Assembly: GCA_937912005.1 (NCBI GenBank) | Contig: CALDOX010000015.1 | Location: forward strand, 284,133-348,132 | DNA: 64,000 nt | Direction of reading: 5' to 3' | Origin: an uncultured Alphaproteobacteria bacterium | Lineage (GTDB): Bacteria > Pseudomonadota > Alphaproteobacteria > CAAGCB01 > CAG-977 | Shown here: positions 9,149-18,131 of the stretch, in pieces | How positions within the stretch are numbered: the first letter of the stretch is position 1 | How the letters are laid out: every line of letters begins with the position of its first letter | Notes under the pieces: model-generated | Told to the model about the DNA's origin: nothing | The model's database searches: none | Seen by the model: only the letters and a program-made list of their open reading frames with translations | Made by a program: the position numbers and the translations under genes

Positions 9149-10636
9149 TCAACGCTTCAGCCGTTTATCCCGTTTTCTTTGAGCGGAAGTCGGGATTCCC
9201 ATGGCTTCGCGATATTTGGCGACGGTGCGTCTGGCAATATCGATATTTTCCTGTTTCAACAGAAAAACCAACGCTTCGTCCGACAAAATATTTTCCCTTT
9301 TTTCCGCATCGATCAATTCCTTGATTCGGCGTTTGACCGCCTGTGCGGAAACCGAATCCTCTCCGCTGCGGCTCTCAAGCCCCTGAGAGAAGAAATACTT
9401 CAATTCGAATATTCCGCGCCGGCAAGCGATATATTTTCCGGCCGTTACGCGGCTGACCGAGCTTTCATGCATACCGATCGCTTCGGCAATATCTCTTAAC
9501 ACCATAGGTTTCAGCGCTTTTTCGCCGTAAAGAAAAAAGTCTTTCTGCCGTTCGACAATTTCCGTTGCCGCTTTTAAAATCGTTTCCGCCCGTTGATTCA
9601 GAGCTTTGATCAAAAAATTTGCGGAAGAAAGATGTTCGGATACAAACTTGTTGGCAGCTTTATCATTTTTTCCCGCGCGCGATATTTCGGAAATATAGGC
9701 GTGATTGATTAAAACGCGGGGCAGCGCGGCTTGATTCAGTTCCACGACAAACCGGCCGAGTTTATCCTGCTTTAACAGCACATCGGGAATTAAAATGCTG
9801 GGAGCGTCTTGTGTTAAAACGGATGCCGGCCGGGGATTCAACCGCTTGATTTCCGTGATCATATCGGCAATGTCTTCTTCATCAACGCCGCATAATTTGG
9901 AAAGTTTTTTATATTCTTTCCGCGCAATCAATTCCAAATGGTCCAACATAACGGCCATTGCCGGATCGCAGCGATCCAGCTCTTTCAGCTGCAGCGCCAA
10001 ACATTCGGATAAAGAGCGGGCAAATATTCCCGTCGGAGCCAGCCCCTGCAAAACAGGCAATATTTTTTCGACTTCCGGCGTACAGGCTTCAGCGGACAAA
10101 TAACCGTTTTCATCCAGTTTTTCTATTAAAGACAGCGCCAAATTCCGGTCATGGAGATTATGAAAGGCCATATTGATTTGACGTTCCAGCGATTCATATA
10201 AAGACAGCGGCCTGGAAGAACACAGATCCACTGCGGAAACACCGTCATCCGCTTCGCCTTTCGCTCCCGCTCCCGACCATGGGTCCGCCGGAAAATCCAT
10301 TGAAAAATCTGTTTCCGATTCGGCGGCCTGTTCATAGAAACTGTCTTCGGTCGGAACGTCGTTTGTATCGGGCGGGCCCTCTTCCTGTCCGGAAGAATCG
10401 AACAAAGACGGCAGTTCCTCCCGTCCTTCAAATTCGGAAAATTCCGCCGGCTCCGCGGGAGAAGATTCGTTTTGATCGCCTTCACGTTCTAAAAAAGGAT
10501 TTTTTTCCAGCTCTTCGGCTACGGCGGATTCCAATTCCAGCGCCGACATTTGCAAAAGCCGTATCGCCTGCTGCAGGCGCGGCGTCATTGTCAATGTCTG
10601 TGATTGGCGTAAGTCCAGACGAGGCGTCAAGGACAT
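9149..10636 (-). CDS. rpoN: RNA polymerase sigma-54 factor
   Basis: N-terminal 'LRQSQTLTMTPRLQQAIRLLQMS' and the C-terminal RpoN box 'ARRTVAKYR'. Confidence 0.95.
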   Translation of the reverse strand: MSLTPRLDLRQSQTLTMTPRLQQAIRLLQMSALELESAVAEELEKNPFLEREGDQNESSPAEPAEFSEFEGREELPSLFDSSGQEEGPPDTNDVPTEDSFYEQAAESETDFSMDFPADPWSGAGAKGEADDGVSAVDLCSSRPLSLYESLERQINMAFHNLHDRNLALSLIEKLDENGYLSAEACTPEVEKILPVLQGLAPTGIFARSLSECLALQLKELDRCDPAMAVMLDHLELIARKEYKKLSKLCGVDEEDIADMITEIKRLNPRPASVLTQDAPSILIPDVLLKQDKLGRFVVELNQAALPRVLINHAYISEISRAGKNDKAANKFVSEHLSSANFLIKALNQRAETILKAATEIVERQKDFFLYGEKALKPMVLRDIAEAIGMHESSVSRVTAGKYIACRRGIFELKYFFSQGLESRSGEDSVSAQAVKRRIKELIDAEKRENILSDEALVFLLKQENIDIARRTVAKYREAMGIPTSAQRKRDKRLKR

Positions 10637-10661
10637 TTTCTATCCCCTCCCCTCCAATCGT

Positions 10662-11381
10662 TTACAACGCGAATTTTTCACCCAAATAAACGCGGCGGAC
10701 GTCTTCATGGCGGACAACATCCTGCGGATCGCCTTCCATTAATACGACACCGTCATGCAAAATATAAGCGCGATCAATAATATCCAATGTTTCGCGCACA
10801 TTATGATCCGTAATTAAAACGCCGATGCCGCGATGTTTTAAATGGGAAACCAAATCTCTGATTTCTCCGACGGAAATAGGATCAATTCCCGCCAACGGTT
10901 CATCCAACAAAATAAACGACGGAGAAGAAGCCAGCGCGCGCGCGATTTCCACCCGCCGCCGTTCGCCGCCGGACAAAGCCAGCGCCGGAGCACGCCGTAA
11001 ATGCGCGACCGAAAATTCGTTCAGCAATTCTTCCAATTTTTCTTCCCGCCGTTCCCAATTCGGTTCGGCGATTTCCAGAATCGCGCGAATATTATTTTCC
11101 ACGTTCAGGCTGCGGAAAATAGAAGCTTCCTGCGGCAAATAACCGATTCCCAAACGCGCCCGGCGATACATCGGCAAAGATGTCACATCTATTCCGTCTA
11201 TAGTCACTGTTCCCGAATCCGGTGTAATCAAACCGGTGATGCAATAAAATGAAGTTGTTTTTCCGGCCCCGTTCGGTCCCAACAGCCCGACAGCTTCCCC
11301 TCGATCCACTTTAAAAGAGACATTGCGCAAAACAGGGCGCTTTTTATACGCCTTGGACAAGCATTTCGCCTGCAGTCCCAT
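10662..11381 (-). CDS. lptB: LPS export ABC transporter ATP-binding protein
   Basis: Walker A 'GPNGAGKTT' and signature 'LSGGERRR'. ATG 11381 gives about 240 aa without overlapping lptA. The track ORF extends to 11465. Confidence 0.9.
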   Translation of the reverse strand: MGLQAKCLSKAYKKRPVLRNVSFKVDRGEAVGLLGPNGAGKTTSFYCITGLITPDSGTVTIDGIDVTSLPMYRRARLGIGYLPQEASIFRSLNVENNIRAILEIAEPNWERREEKLEELLNEFSVAHLRRAPALALSGGERRRVEIARALASSPSFILLDEPLAGIDPISVGEIRDLVSHLKHRGIGVLITDHNVRETLDIIDRAYILHDGVVLMEGDPQDVVRHEDVRRVYLGEKFAL

Positions 11382-11409
11382 TTCCGTTGAAGAAGCCAAA
11401 CGCGGCGCT

Positions 11410-12330
11410 TCATTCCCCTTCGTCTGAGGAGCTGAGGAGTTTTTCGTTTGTTTCTTGTCCACCACTCGATTCTTCCTTTACCGCTGCCGGCACTTTGGAT
11501 TTTTCCGCCGTGACGGGCTTTTGATTCTTTTTACTTTCATCCGGAACAAAAACCCCGCGCACTTGCTTTTTTGTTTTACCCTTTTCAGACAACATTTGCA
11601 AGCGGCTGACACCCGTTTTCATATTTATATCAGCCACTTCGCCGATAATAAAATTTTTGCCCTGAGAAATTTTAACATTTCCCTGCAAAGTAGCCGTTTC
11701 CTTGTCAACCAGATAAACGCCCGTATCCCCCTGAACGGTTTCTTTATCATTTGTAATTATGACATTGCTTTCCGCTTCAAACCGTTCAACCTGTGTCGCG
11801 TTTCCTTTTTTGACAAAAAAAGCTTTAACGGTGTCGGCTTCAAGACGGCGGGCATCTTTCAGCGCCGTGACATTCTGACGGGCAACGGCCATGTCTTCAT
11901 TTTGCCACAGCTCTAAAATCTGAGCCGTCATTTGTTCCTGACCGGCTATCAGTTTAACCGGATTTCCTTTAAGAATAATTACCGATTTTTCAATTTCATA
12001 AACGGCCGTGTCCGCGTAAACCGTCTGTTTTGGGGTCGTAATGATGATATTTCCGTACGCTTTGACCAAATAAACTTCCCCGTCTTTGCCGCCGGCATCC
12101 TCTTTATAATAAGCGACGATTTTGTCAGCTCCCAATGCGGTATCACCGCGCACGACAAGCGCTTTGTTTTCTGCCGTCAGCGTCTTTTCGTTTCCGTTCC
12201 ACTCCAGTCCGCCCTCAGACGTTAAAACGACCTGCTGCTTTTCCGTTCCTTTGGTATCGGCCGCAAAAGTTTCCGCCCCCGCGGACAGAAACAAAACAAA
12301 AATCAAAAGCAGGTTAAAGAAAAGACGCAT
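11410..12330 (-). CDS. lptA: LptA/OstA-family periplasmic LPS transport protein (long form)
   Basis: Signal peptide and repeated OstA-like beta-jellyroll sequence pattern. Sits between lptC and lptB. K/E/S-rich C-terminal tail. Confidence 0.7.
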   Translation of the reverse strand: MRLFFNLLLIFVLFLSAGAETFAADTKGTEKQQVVLTSEGGLEWNGNEKTLTAENKALVVRGDTALGADKIVAYYKEDAGGKDGEVYLVKAYGNIIITTPKQTVYADTAVYEIEKSVIILKGNPVKLIAGQEQMTAQILELWQNEDMAVARQNVTALKDARRLEADTVKAFFVKKGNATQVERFEAESNVIITNDKETVQGDTGVYLVDKETATLQGNVKISQGKNFIIGEVADINMKTGVSRLQMLSEKGKTKKQVRGVFVPDESKKNQKPVTAEKSKVPAAVKEESSGGQETNEKLLSSSDEGE

Positions 12331-12332
12331 TT

Positions 12333-13025
12333 TTATTCTTCCTCCGTTTCGGGATAAAGCACCACTCGCGTTTTTCCCATCAATCGAAACACCGTTCCGT
12401 CTTGCGTCACCGAAAATCCCTGAGCTCTGGCAAATCCCAAAGAAGAGCGCAGCAACACGTCCCGATTTCCGACAATATCCCGATTTTTAATGCTGATCAA
12501 TGCGTGAGTCGTTTCTATTTCCTCACCGGTTTGCGTATATAAATTGACCTGTTTTGATAATTCCATTGTTTCTTCGGCTTGAGAATAAACGCCGACAGCC
12601 GCATCCAAAGCAATCCAGCGGTCTTTTTGCTTTAAAATATCCGCTTTAACGGATTCCAGTTGTATCCGGCGCTTTTCTCCGGGCAGCTCAAAAGCAGATT
12701 CTGCCGTCAAATGAAAAGGTTCTCCTTTTTCATCAACCGTAAAAAAGCGCGGATTGACCATCAGCTGATCGTTGGGAACATTCATCTGTTCTGCTTCTGA
12801 AGCCAAAAGAGAAATAGCTTCTTCCTGCTGCGCCTTCATTTGCGGCCAAACAATAACCAATCCGATTATCACCGCCGCCAAACTGGGGAATAAAACTTTT
12901 AAAGAAACAACCAACCGACTGTGATAGCGCATCCGCTTTTTTTGCCGACGCTGCCAATCAACGGCGCCGCTTGTTTGGGTTTTACCCCATTTAACATCGC
13001 TGAGATCAACGATTTTTTCCGCCAT
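12333..13025 (-). CDS. lptC: LptC-like LPS export component
   Basis: Single N-terminal TM segment followed by a beta-rich periplasmic domain. Position between kdsD and lptA. Confidence 0.6.
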   Translation of the reverse strand: MAEKIVDLSDVKWGKTQTSGAVDWQRRQKKRMRYHSRLVVSLKVLFPSLAAVIIGLVIVWPQMKAQQEEAISLLASEAEQMNVPNDQLMVNPRFFTVDEKGEPFHLTAESAFELPGEKRRIQLESVKADILKQKDRWIALDAAVGVYSQAEETMELSKQVNLYTQTGEEIETTHALISIKNRDIVGNRDVLLRSSLGFARAQGFSVTQDGTVFRLMGKTRVVLYPETEEE

Positions 13026-13993
13026 TAAGCCACTCCGGCGCGCAGGCAGTCATGCATATGCAGGAAGCCGATCGGCTTTTTGTTTTCCAAAACAAACAGA
13101 CTGGTAATGCCTTTTCCCGTCGTATTCATAATGCGCAAAGCATCAATGGCCAATGTATTGGCTGTCGTTGTCCGCGGCGTACGAGTCATCACGTCCTTGA
13201 TAGTTTTTGTCAGCAGATCCGGCGCCATCGCGCGGCGCAAGTCGCCATCCGTAAAAACGCCCATAAAATCGCCGTTCTGGCCAACAATGCCCAAACAACC
13301 GAATCCCTTTCCGCTCATTTCGACCAAAGCGTCCGACATATTCATATCCGGCGGAACCAACGGCATTTCATCGCCTTTGTGCATCAAATCGGCAACCGTC
13401 AGCATCATTTTGCCTAGCTTTCCGCCCGGATGACGCAGTTTATATTCGTCTTTGGAAAAGTTATGCAGCTGAAGCAGCACTATTGCCAACGCATCGCCCA
13501 AAGCCATCATCAATGTCGTCGATGTCGTCGGCGCCAATCCGAACGGGCAGGCTTCCTGAATCGGTGGCAAACATAAAACGATATCGGACTGACGGCCCAA
13601 TGTGCTGTCGCGTCGTCCCGTCATACCGATCAGCTTGATGTTAAACCGACGGCAGAAAGCGATAATATCACTCAATTCGGGCGCTTCTCCGGAATTGGAC
13701 AGCGCGACAACGATATCTTCCGGTTCGATCATTCCCAAATCGCCATGGCTGGCTTCTCCCGGATGAACAAAATAAGCCGTCGTCCCCAAAGACGCCAAAG
13801 AAGCGGAGATTTTTCTGCCGACATGTCCGCTTTTGCCCATTCCCGTAACAATAACCCGTCCTTTTGCCGCATTGATTGTTTGAACAGCCTGAACAAAAGA
13901 TTCGTCCAGACTGTCAGAGAGTTTTTTCAAAGATTCGCTTTCCAAATCCAATGTATGGTGAGCGCTTTTTAAAATTTCTTCGGAAGTCAGCAT
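13025..13993 (-). CDS. kdsD: arabinose-5-phosphate isomerase (KpsF/GutQ family)
   Basis: SIS domain 'VTGMGKSGHVGRK' plus tandem CBS domains. Confidence 0.9.
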   Translation of the reverse strand: MLTSEEILKSAHHTLDLESESLKKLSDSLDESFVQAVQTINAAKGRVIVTGMGKSGHVGRKISASLASLGTTAYFVHPGEASHGDLGMIEPEDIVVALSNSGEAPELSDIIAFCRRFNIKLIGMTGRRDSTLGRQSDIVLCLPPIQEACPFGLAPTTSTTLMMALGDALAIVLLQLHNFSKDEYKLRHPGGKLGKMMLTVADLMHKGDEMPLVPPDMNMSDALVEMSGKGFGCLGIVGQNGDFMGVFTDGDLRRAMAPDLLTKTIKDVMTRTPRTTTANTLAIDALRIMNTTGKGITSLFVLENKKPIGFLHMHDCLRAGVA

Positions 13994-14010
13994 AAAAAAA
14001 ATCCCGTTTG

Positions 14011-14625
14011 TTAATGAGTGAATATCGTTTCGCAGTTAAATCCGGCAACATCCATTTTGCCGATATACGGTAAAAAGTCAAAGCATGCCTGCGCATACGG
14101 CATACGGCCTTCGCGTTCAAGCAGCGCGTCCAGCTTTTCTTTCAGCGAATGCAGATATAAGACATCGTTTGCCGCATACCTCAATTGTTCTTCACTTAAC
14201 TTTTCCGCGCCCCAATCCGAACATTGCTGCTCTTTTTCCAATTCGATCCCCAGCAAAGACAGGCAGAGCGCTTTCAAACTGTGAGACGGCGCGTTCGTCC
14301 GCGCGATTTTGGAAGCGATTTTCGTACAATAAACAGGCGCGCATAAAACACCCAAATACAAATATAATGCGGCAACGTCGAAACGGGCATACTGAAAAAT
14401 TTTCAATACGGACGAATCTGTCAGCAAAGCCTTTAAATTCGGAGCATCATATTGCCCTTTTCTGAATCGGACGATATGACAATTTCCCTGACTGTCACCC
14501 AACTGTACCAGGCACAAACGATCGCGATGCAGTTCCAATCCCATCGTTTCCGTATCAACGGCAACGCTGCCCGAAAAATGCACGGAAGAAGGCAGATCGT
14601 CTTCGTAAAAATAAATCTGCGTCAT
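14011..14625 (-). CDS. short RNase D-like 3'-5' exonuclease (DEDD)
   Basis: 'VAVDTETMGL' (Exo I) and 'YAANDVLYL' (Exo III). ATG 14625 has an AAGGAG SD. The track start is TTG 14643. Confidence 0.75.
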   Translation of the reverse strand: MTQIYFYEDDLPSSVHFSGSVAVDTETMGLELHRDRLCLVQLGDSQGNCHIVRFRKGQYDAPNLKALLTDSSVLKIFQYARFDVAALYLYLGVLCAPVYCTKIASKIARTNAPSHSLKALCLSLLGIELEKEQQCSDWGAEKLSEEQLRYAANDVLYLHSLKEKLDALLEREGRMPYAQACFDFLPYIGKMDVAGFNCETIFTH

Positions 14626-14647
14626 GCTGTCTCCTTTATTCAAAAAG

Positions 14648-14668
14648 AAAGGGGCTTACCGCCCCTTT
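14648..14668 (-). terminator. possible terminator downstream of tRNA-Leu
   Basis: GGGGC/GCCCC hairpin, followed on the minus strand by a T-rich run. Confidence 0.4.
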
Positions 14669-14686
14669 GCCTTTCAGAACTTGTCT

Positions 14687-14773
14687 TGGTGCCCAAAATA
14701 GGACTCGAACCTACACACCCCTACGAGTACTAGCACCTGAAGCTAGCGCGTCTACCAATTCCGCCATTTGGGC
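14687..14773 (-). tRNA. tRNA-Leu (anticodon CAG)
   Basis: 87-nt class II tRNA on the reverse complement: GCCCAAA acceptor, anticodon loop TTCAGGT, long variable arm, encoded CCA. Confidence 0.95.
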
Positions 14774-14829
14774 AAAACAAGCTACAGCGTTTTTTTATTA
14801 CTAAAGAAGACTCCCGTCAACAAAAAAAA

Positions 14830-15624
14830 TCAAAAAAGATAAAAAAGAAGCCCGCCGAGCAAAATACGATAGACGGCAAAAATCGCAAAAGAAGATGTCT
14901 TCAGCCAACGCATCAAAAAACCGATCGCCGCTACGCCGCCGGCGAAAGAAATCAATATTCCAAGGATTACCAGCCCCCCTTCGGGATTTGTGCCGGCCGG
15001 TTCCGTCAAAATTTCAAAAGCGCCCAAACATCCCGCGGCGCCGATCGTAGGAATAGCCAACAGCATTGAAAATCTGGCGGCTTCTTCACGGCGTATTCCC
15101 AAAAAACGAGCCATTGTCATCGTAATTCCCGACCGACTGACCCCGGGAATCAAAGCCAACACCTGCGCAAATCCTATTAAAAATGCGTCCTTAAGCCTCA
15201 TCTCTTCTATTGTTTTATCGTTTTTGTTTTTCTTATCCGCCAAATATAACAATATCCCGAAAACAATCGCCGTTGAAGCGATCAATCGAACGTTTCTGAA
15301 ATGCGTTTCGATATAAGAATGGCAGAAAAAACCGATAATAAAAACCGGCACACAGGCAATTCCCAGTTTTAACGCGAACCGCACACGCGTTGAATCAAAG
15401 TTTCTTTTCACCGCATCGCCGCAGCTTTTGACAAGCTCAGCAACATCCTGATGAAAATAAATCAGAACGGAAAACAAAGTCCCGACATGCAAAGCGATAT
15501 CCATCGCCATTCCCTGATCCGGCCAGTGAAACAAACGCGGCACCAAGATCAAATGACCGGAAGAACTGACCGGCAAAAATTCCGTCACGCTTTGCAACAA
15601 GGCTAAAACTATAGTTTGCAGCAT
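14830..15624 (-). CDS. uppP: undecaprenyl-diphosphate phosphatase
   Basis: 'LLQSVTEFLPVSSSGHL' and 'PGVSRSGITM' BacA motifs. The start is moved to ATG 15624. Confidence 0.9.
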   Translation of the reverse strand: MLQTIVLALLQSVTEFLPVSSSGHLILVPRLFHWPDQGMAMDIALHVGTLFSVLIYFHQDVAELVKSCGDAVKRNFDSTRVRFALKLGIACVPVFIIGFFCHSYIETHFRNVRLIASTAIVFGILLYLADKKNKNDKTIEEMRLKDAFLIGFAQVLALIPGVSRSGITMTMARFLGIRREEAARFSMLLAIPTIGAAGCLGAFEILTEPAGTNPEGGLVILGILISFAGGVAAIGFLMRWLKTSSFAIFAVYRILLGGLLFYLF

Positions 15625-15750
15625 AAAAAAATCCTTAATATATTCATTTATAAACGATTTCGCTACTGTGAAGTTTTTTTTCAAAATTTACAAGTGATAA
15701 ACTAATTTCTGATAAGAATAAACGGAATATATTTTTCGAGAAAGCATAAA

Positions 15751-16434
15751 ATGTATATATTGTACCATCATCCGGCCGATCCTTTTTCCCGCAAGGTTCG
15801 CCTTATGTTGGCGGAAAAGGGATTGGAGTTTACGGCAAAAACGGAAGAGCCATGGAAAGAACGGCCTGATTTTCTGGCCGTGAATCCCGCCGGCGACATT
15901 CCCGTATTGGAAGAACCGGACGGTCATATCGTATGCGGTCACCGTCCTGTTTGCGAATATATTGATGAAATCACGTCGCGTCCTTTATTCGGGGCTTACG
16001 CCCGCGATAAAGCGGAAGTGCGGCGTTTATGCGACTGGTTTGATGAAAAATTTTTTAAAGAAGTCACCTCTTATCTGGCCGGAGAAAAAATTTCAAAACG
16101 ATTAAGCGGCGGCGTTCCCGATTCCGACGCCATCCGCGCAGGAAAAATCAACATTTTAGGTCATATGAATTATATGGAGTGGCTGTTAAAACAGCGCAAC
16201 TGGTTGGCCGGAGAAGCTTTTACAATGGCCGATTTTGCCGCAGCCGCACAATTTTCCATTCTGGATTATATCGGCGAAGTTCCCTGGGATAAATCGGAAA
16301 ACGGCGCATTGCTTTTTGAAGAAACCAAAAATTGGTATGCGCGCGTTAAATCCCGCCCGTCGTTCAGACCTTTGCTGACAGACAGGATTCCTAACGTTTT
16401 GCCGGCTTCTCATTACGGAGATTTGGACTTTTAA
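15751..16434 (+). CDS. glutathione S-transferase family protein
   Basis: Thioredoxin-like N-domain ('PFSRKVRLMLAEKGLEF', 'NPAGDIPVLEE') and a helical C-domain. Confidence 0.8.
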   Translation: MYILYHHPADPFSRKVRLMLAEKGLEFTAKTEEPWKERPDFLAVNPAGDIPVLEEPDGHIVCGHRPVCEYIDEITSRPLFGAYARDKAEVRRLCDWFDEKFFKEVTSYLAGEKISKRLSGGVPDSDAIRAGKINILGHMNYMEWLLKQRNWLAGEAFTMADFAAAAQFSILDYIGEVPWDKSENGALLFEETKNWYARVKSRPSFRPLLTDRIPNVLPASHYGDLDF

Positions 16435-16458
16435 GACAATCAAGCAAGGATAATCAAT

Positions 16459-16833
16459 ATGAAACGCTTTATTTTTCTGTTTTTCTTTTGCCTGTGTCTG
16501 AGCGGTTGTTCCTCGCCGACGCGCGTCTATTATTGGGCCAAAGAAAAAACCGGAACGGAACGTTTTGTTCAGGATCACAACCGTTGCCTGCAAAAGGCGG
16601 ATTTCTGGCCTTGGGTCTTTTATAATCCCAATCCCGAAGTCGCTGATACTTTAGATTTAAGATTGGATCTGAAAAACGGCGGTATTTGGGCAAATTATTC
16701 TCCTTATCCGGGAGCAATGCCCGTTTTCGTCAACACCGCCACTCCGTCTAAAACCGTAATTTACTGGCGGTATGCTTCCTGCATGAAAAAAGCCGGATAC
16801 AGAGAACGTCGGCCTTACGGCGGCCCCTTATAA
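16459..16833 (+). CDS. small lipoprotein, unknown function
   Basis: Signal peptide with lipobox 'LSGC'. Confidence 0.45.
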   Translation: MKRFIFLFFFCLCLSGCSSPTRVYYWAKEKTGTERFVQDHNRCLQKADFWPWVFYNPNPEVADTLDLRLDLKNGGIWANYSPYPGAMPVFVNTATPSKTVIYWRYASCMKKAGYRERRPYGGPL

Positions 16834-16858
16834 TAATAATCAAGATTGGATATAAATA

Positions 16859-18028
16859 ATGACTGACAAACAAAAAACTCCCGTTATTCTGCAAATCCTG
16901 CCGCGTCTTGAAACCGGCGGCGTCGAACGGGGAACATTAGAAATCGCTTCCGCTTTAAAGGAAGTCGGATGGACTTCAATCGTCGTGTCCGGCGGCGGAC
17001 GGTTGGTTCATGATTTGGAAAAAATGGGAACCGAACATATTACGCTGCCCGTTTATTCCAAAAACTACTTCGTTATGCGCCAAAATGCCAAGCTTCTGGC
17101 TAAAATCATCGTTGAAAAAAAAGCTGACGTCGTGCATGCCAGATCCCGCGCGCCGGCTTGGAGCGCCAAATGGGCATGCGAAATGACGGGCGTCCCTTTA
17201 CTGACGACATTTCATGGCGCTTATAACATCGGCCCGTTCAAAATCAAAAAGAAATACAACAAAGTAATGACGGACGGCGTGTTGACGATTGCCGTTTCCG
17301 ATTTTATCAAACAGCATATCCTTGATAATTATGAAACAGTTGATGCCGATAAAATCAGAGTTATTCACCGCGGTGTCGATGCGGAACGATTTGATATTTC
17401 CAAAGTGTCTCAGGAACGCATTGTCGCTTTGTCTCAAAAGTGGCGATTGCCTGAAGATCTGCCGGTTATTATGCTTCCCGGCCGGCTGACGCGCTGGAAA
17501 GGACAGCTCGTCTTGTTGGAAGCGCTGTCAAAAATGCAGCATAAAAACCTGCGCTGTTTGTTTGTCGGAGCAGATCAGGGGCGAAAAAAGTATCGTCGGG
17601 AACTGGAGAAAAAAGCGGCAAAATTAGGATTGTCCGGTATTGTTCAAATCGTCGATCACTGCAGTGAAATGGATGTGGCTTATATGCTTTCGGATATTGT
17701 TGTTTCAGCCTCTACGGATCCGGAAGCGTTCGGACGCGTCGTACCGGAAGCCCAAGCGATGGGACGCATTGTCATCGGCCCCAATCACGGCGGCGCAACG
17801 GAAACAATCCGCGACGGAGAAACAGGGTTCTTGTTTGAACCCGGCAATGCGGATGATTTAGCCCGAAAATTAGACTCCGCTTTTTCTATGACGGCCGAAG
17901 ATAAAAAACGTATGACCGAACGCGCCATCGAAAGTGTTCGCAATGAATTTTCCAAAGCGAGGATGTGTGCTAAAACTTTAGATGTTTATCGGGAAGTTTT
18001 AGAAAAATATCCCGTTCGGAAAGATTAA
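16859..18028 (+). CDS. GT4-family glycosyltransferase
   Basis: GT-B pattern with 'GGVERGT' at the N-terminus and 'EAFGRVVPEAQAMGRIVIG' (E-x7-E region). Confidence 0.8.
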   Translation: MTDKQKTPVILQILPRLETGGVERGTLEIASALKEVGWTSIVVSGGGRLVHDLEKMGTEHITLPVYSKNYFVMRQNAKLLAKIIVEKKADVVHARSRAPAWSAKWACEMTGVPLLTTFHGAYNIGPFKIKKKYNKVMTDGVLTIAVSDFIKQHILDNYETVDADKIRVIHRGVDAERFDISKVSQERIVALSQKWRLPEDLPVIMLPGRLTRWKGQLVLLEALSKMQHKNLRCLFVGADQGRKKYRRELEKKAAKLGLSGIVQIVDHCSEMDVAYMLSDIVVSASTDPEAFGRVVPEAQAMGRIVIGPNHGGATETIRDGETGFLFEPGNADDLARKLDSAFSMTAEDKKRMTERAIESVRNEFSKARMCAKTLDVYREVLEKYPVRKD

Positions 18029-18131
18029 AAAAAAACGCATCAAAAAAAACCGGATTTGTTCTTGAATACGGAACAAACCGGAATTACAATGCGCGCATTG
18101 AATTTTATAATTTAAGAAAGAAGGTTTTTCT

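Noticed and set aside
7800-14773. tRNA-Ala and tRNA-Leu as integration sites for a genomic island
   Set aside because: There is no integrase, direct repeat of the tRNA 3' end, or accessory gene next to either tRNA. The intervening genes form the conserved lpt-rpoN housekeeping block.
18029-18131. T-box or other leader upstream of thrS
   Set aside because: The leader is only about 100 nt. I could find no specifier-loop or T-box sequence. There is just a weak hairpin after the glycosyltransferase gene.
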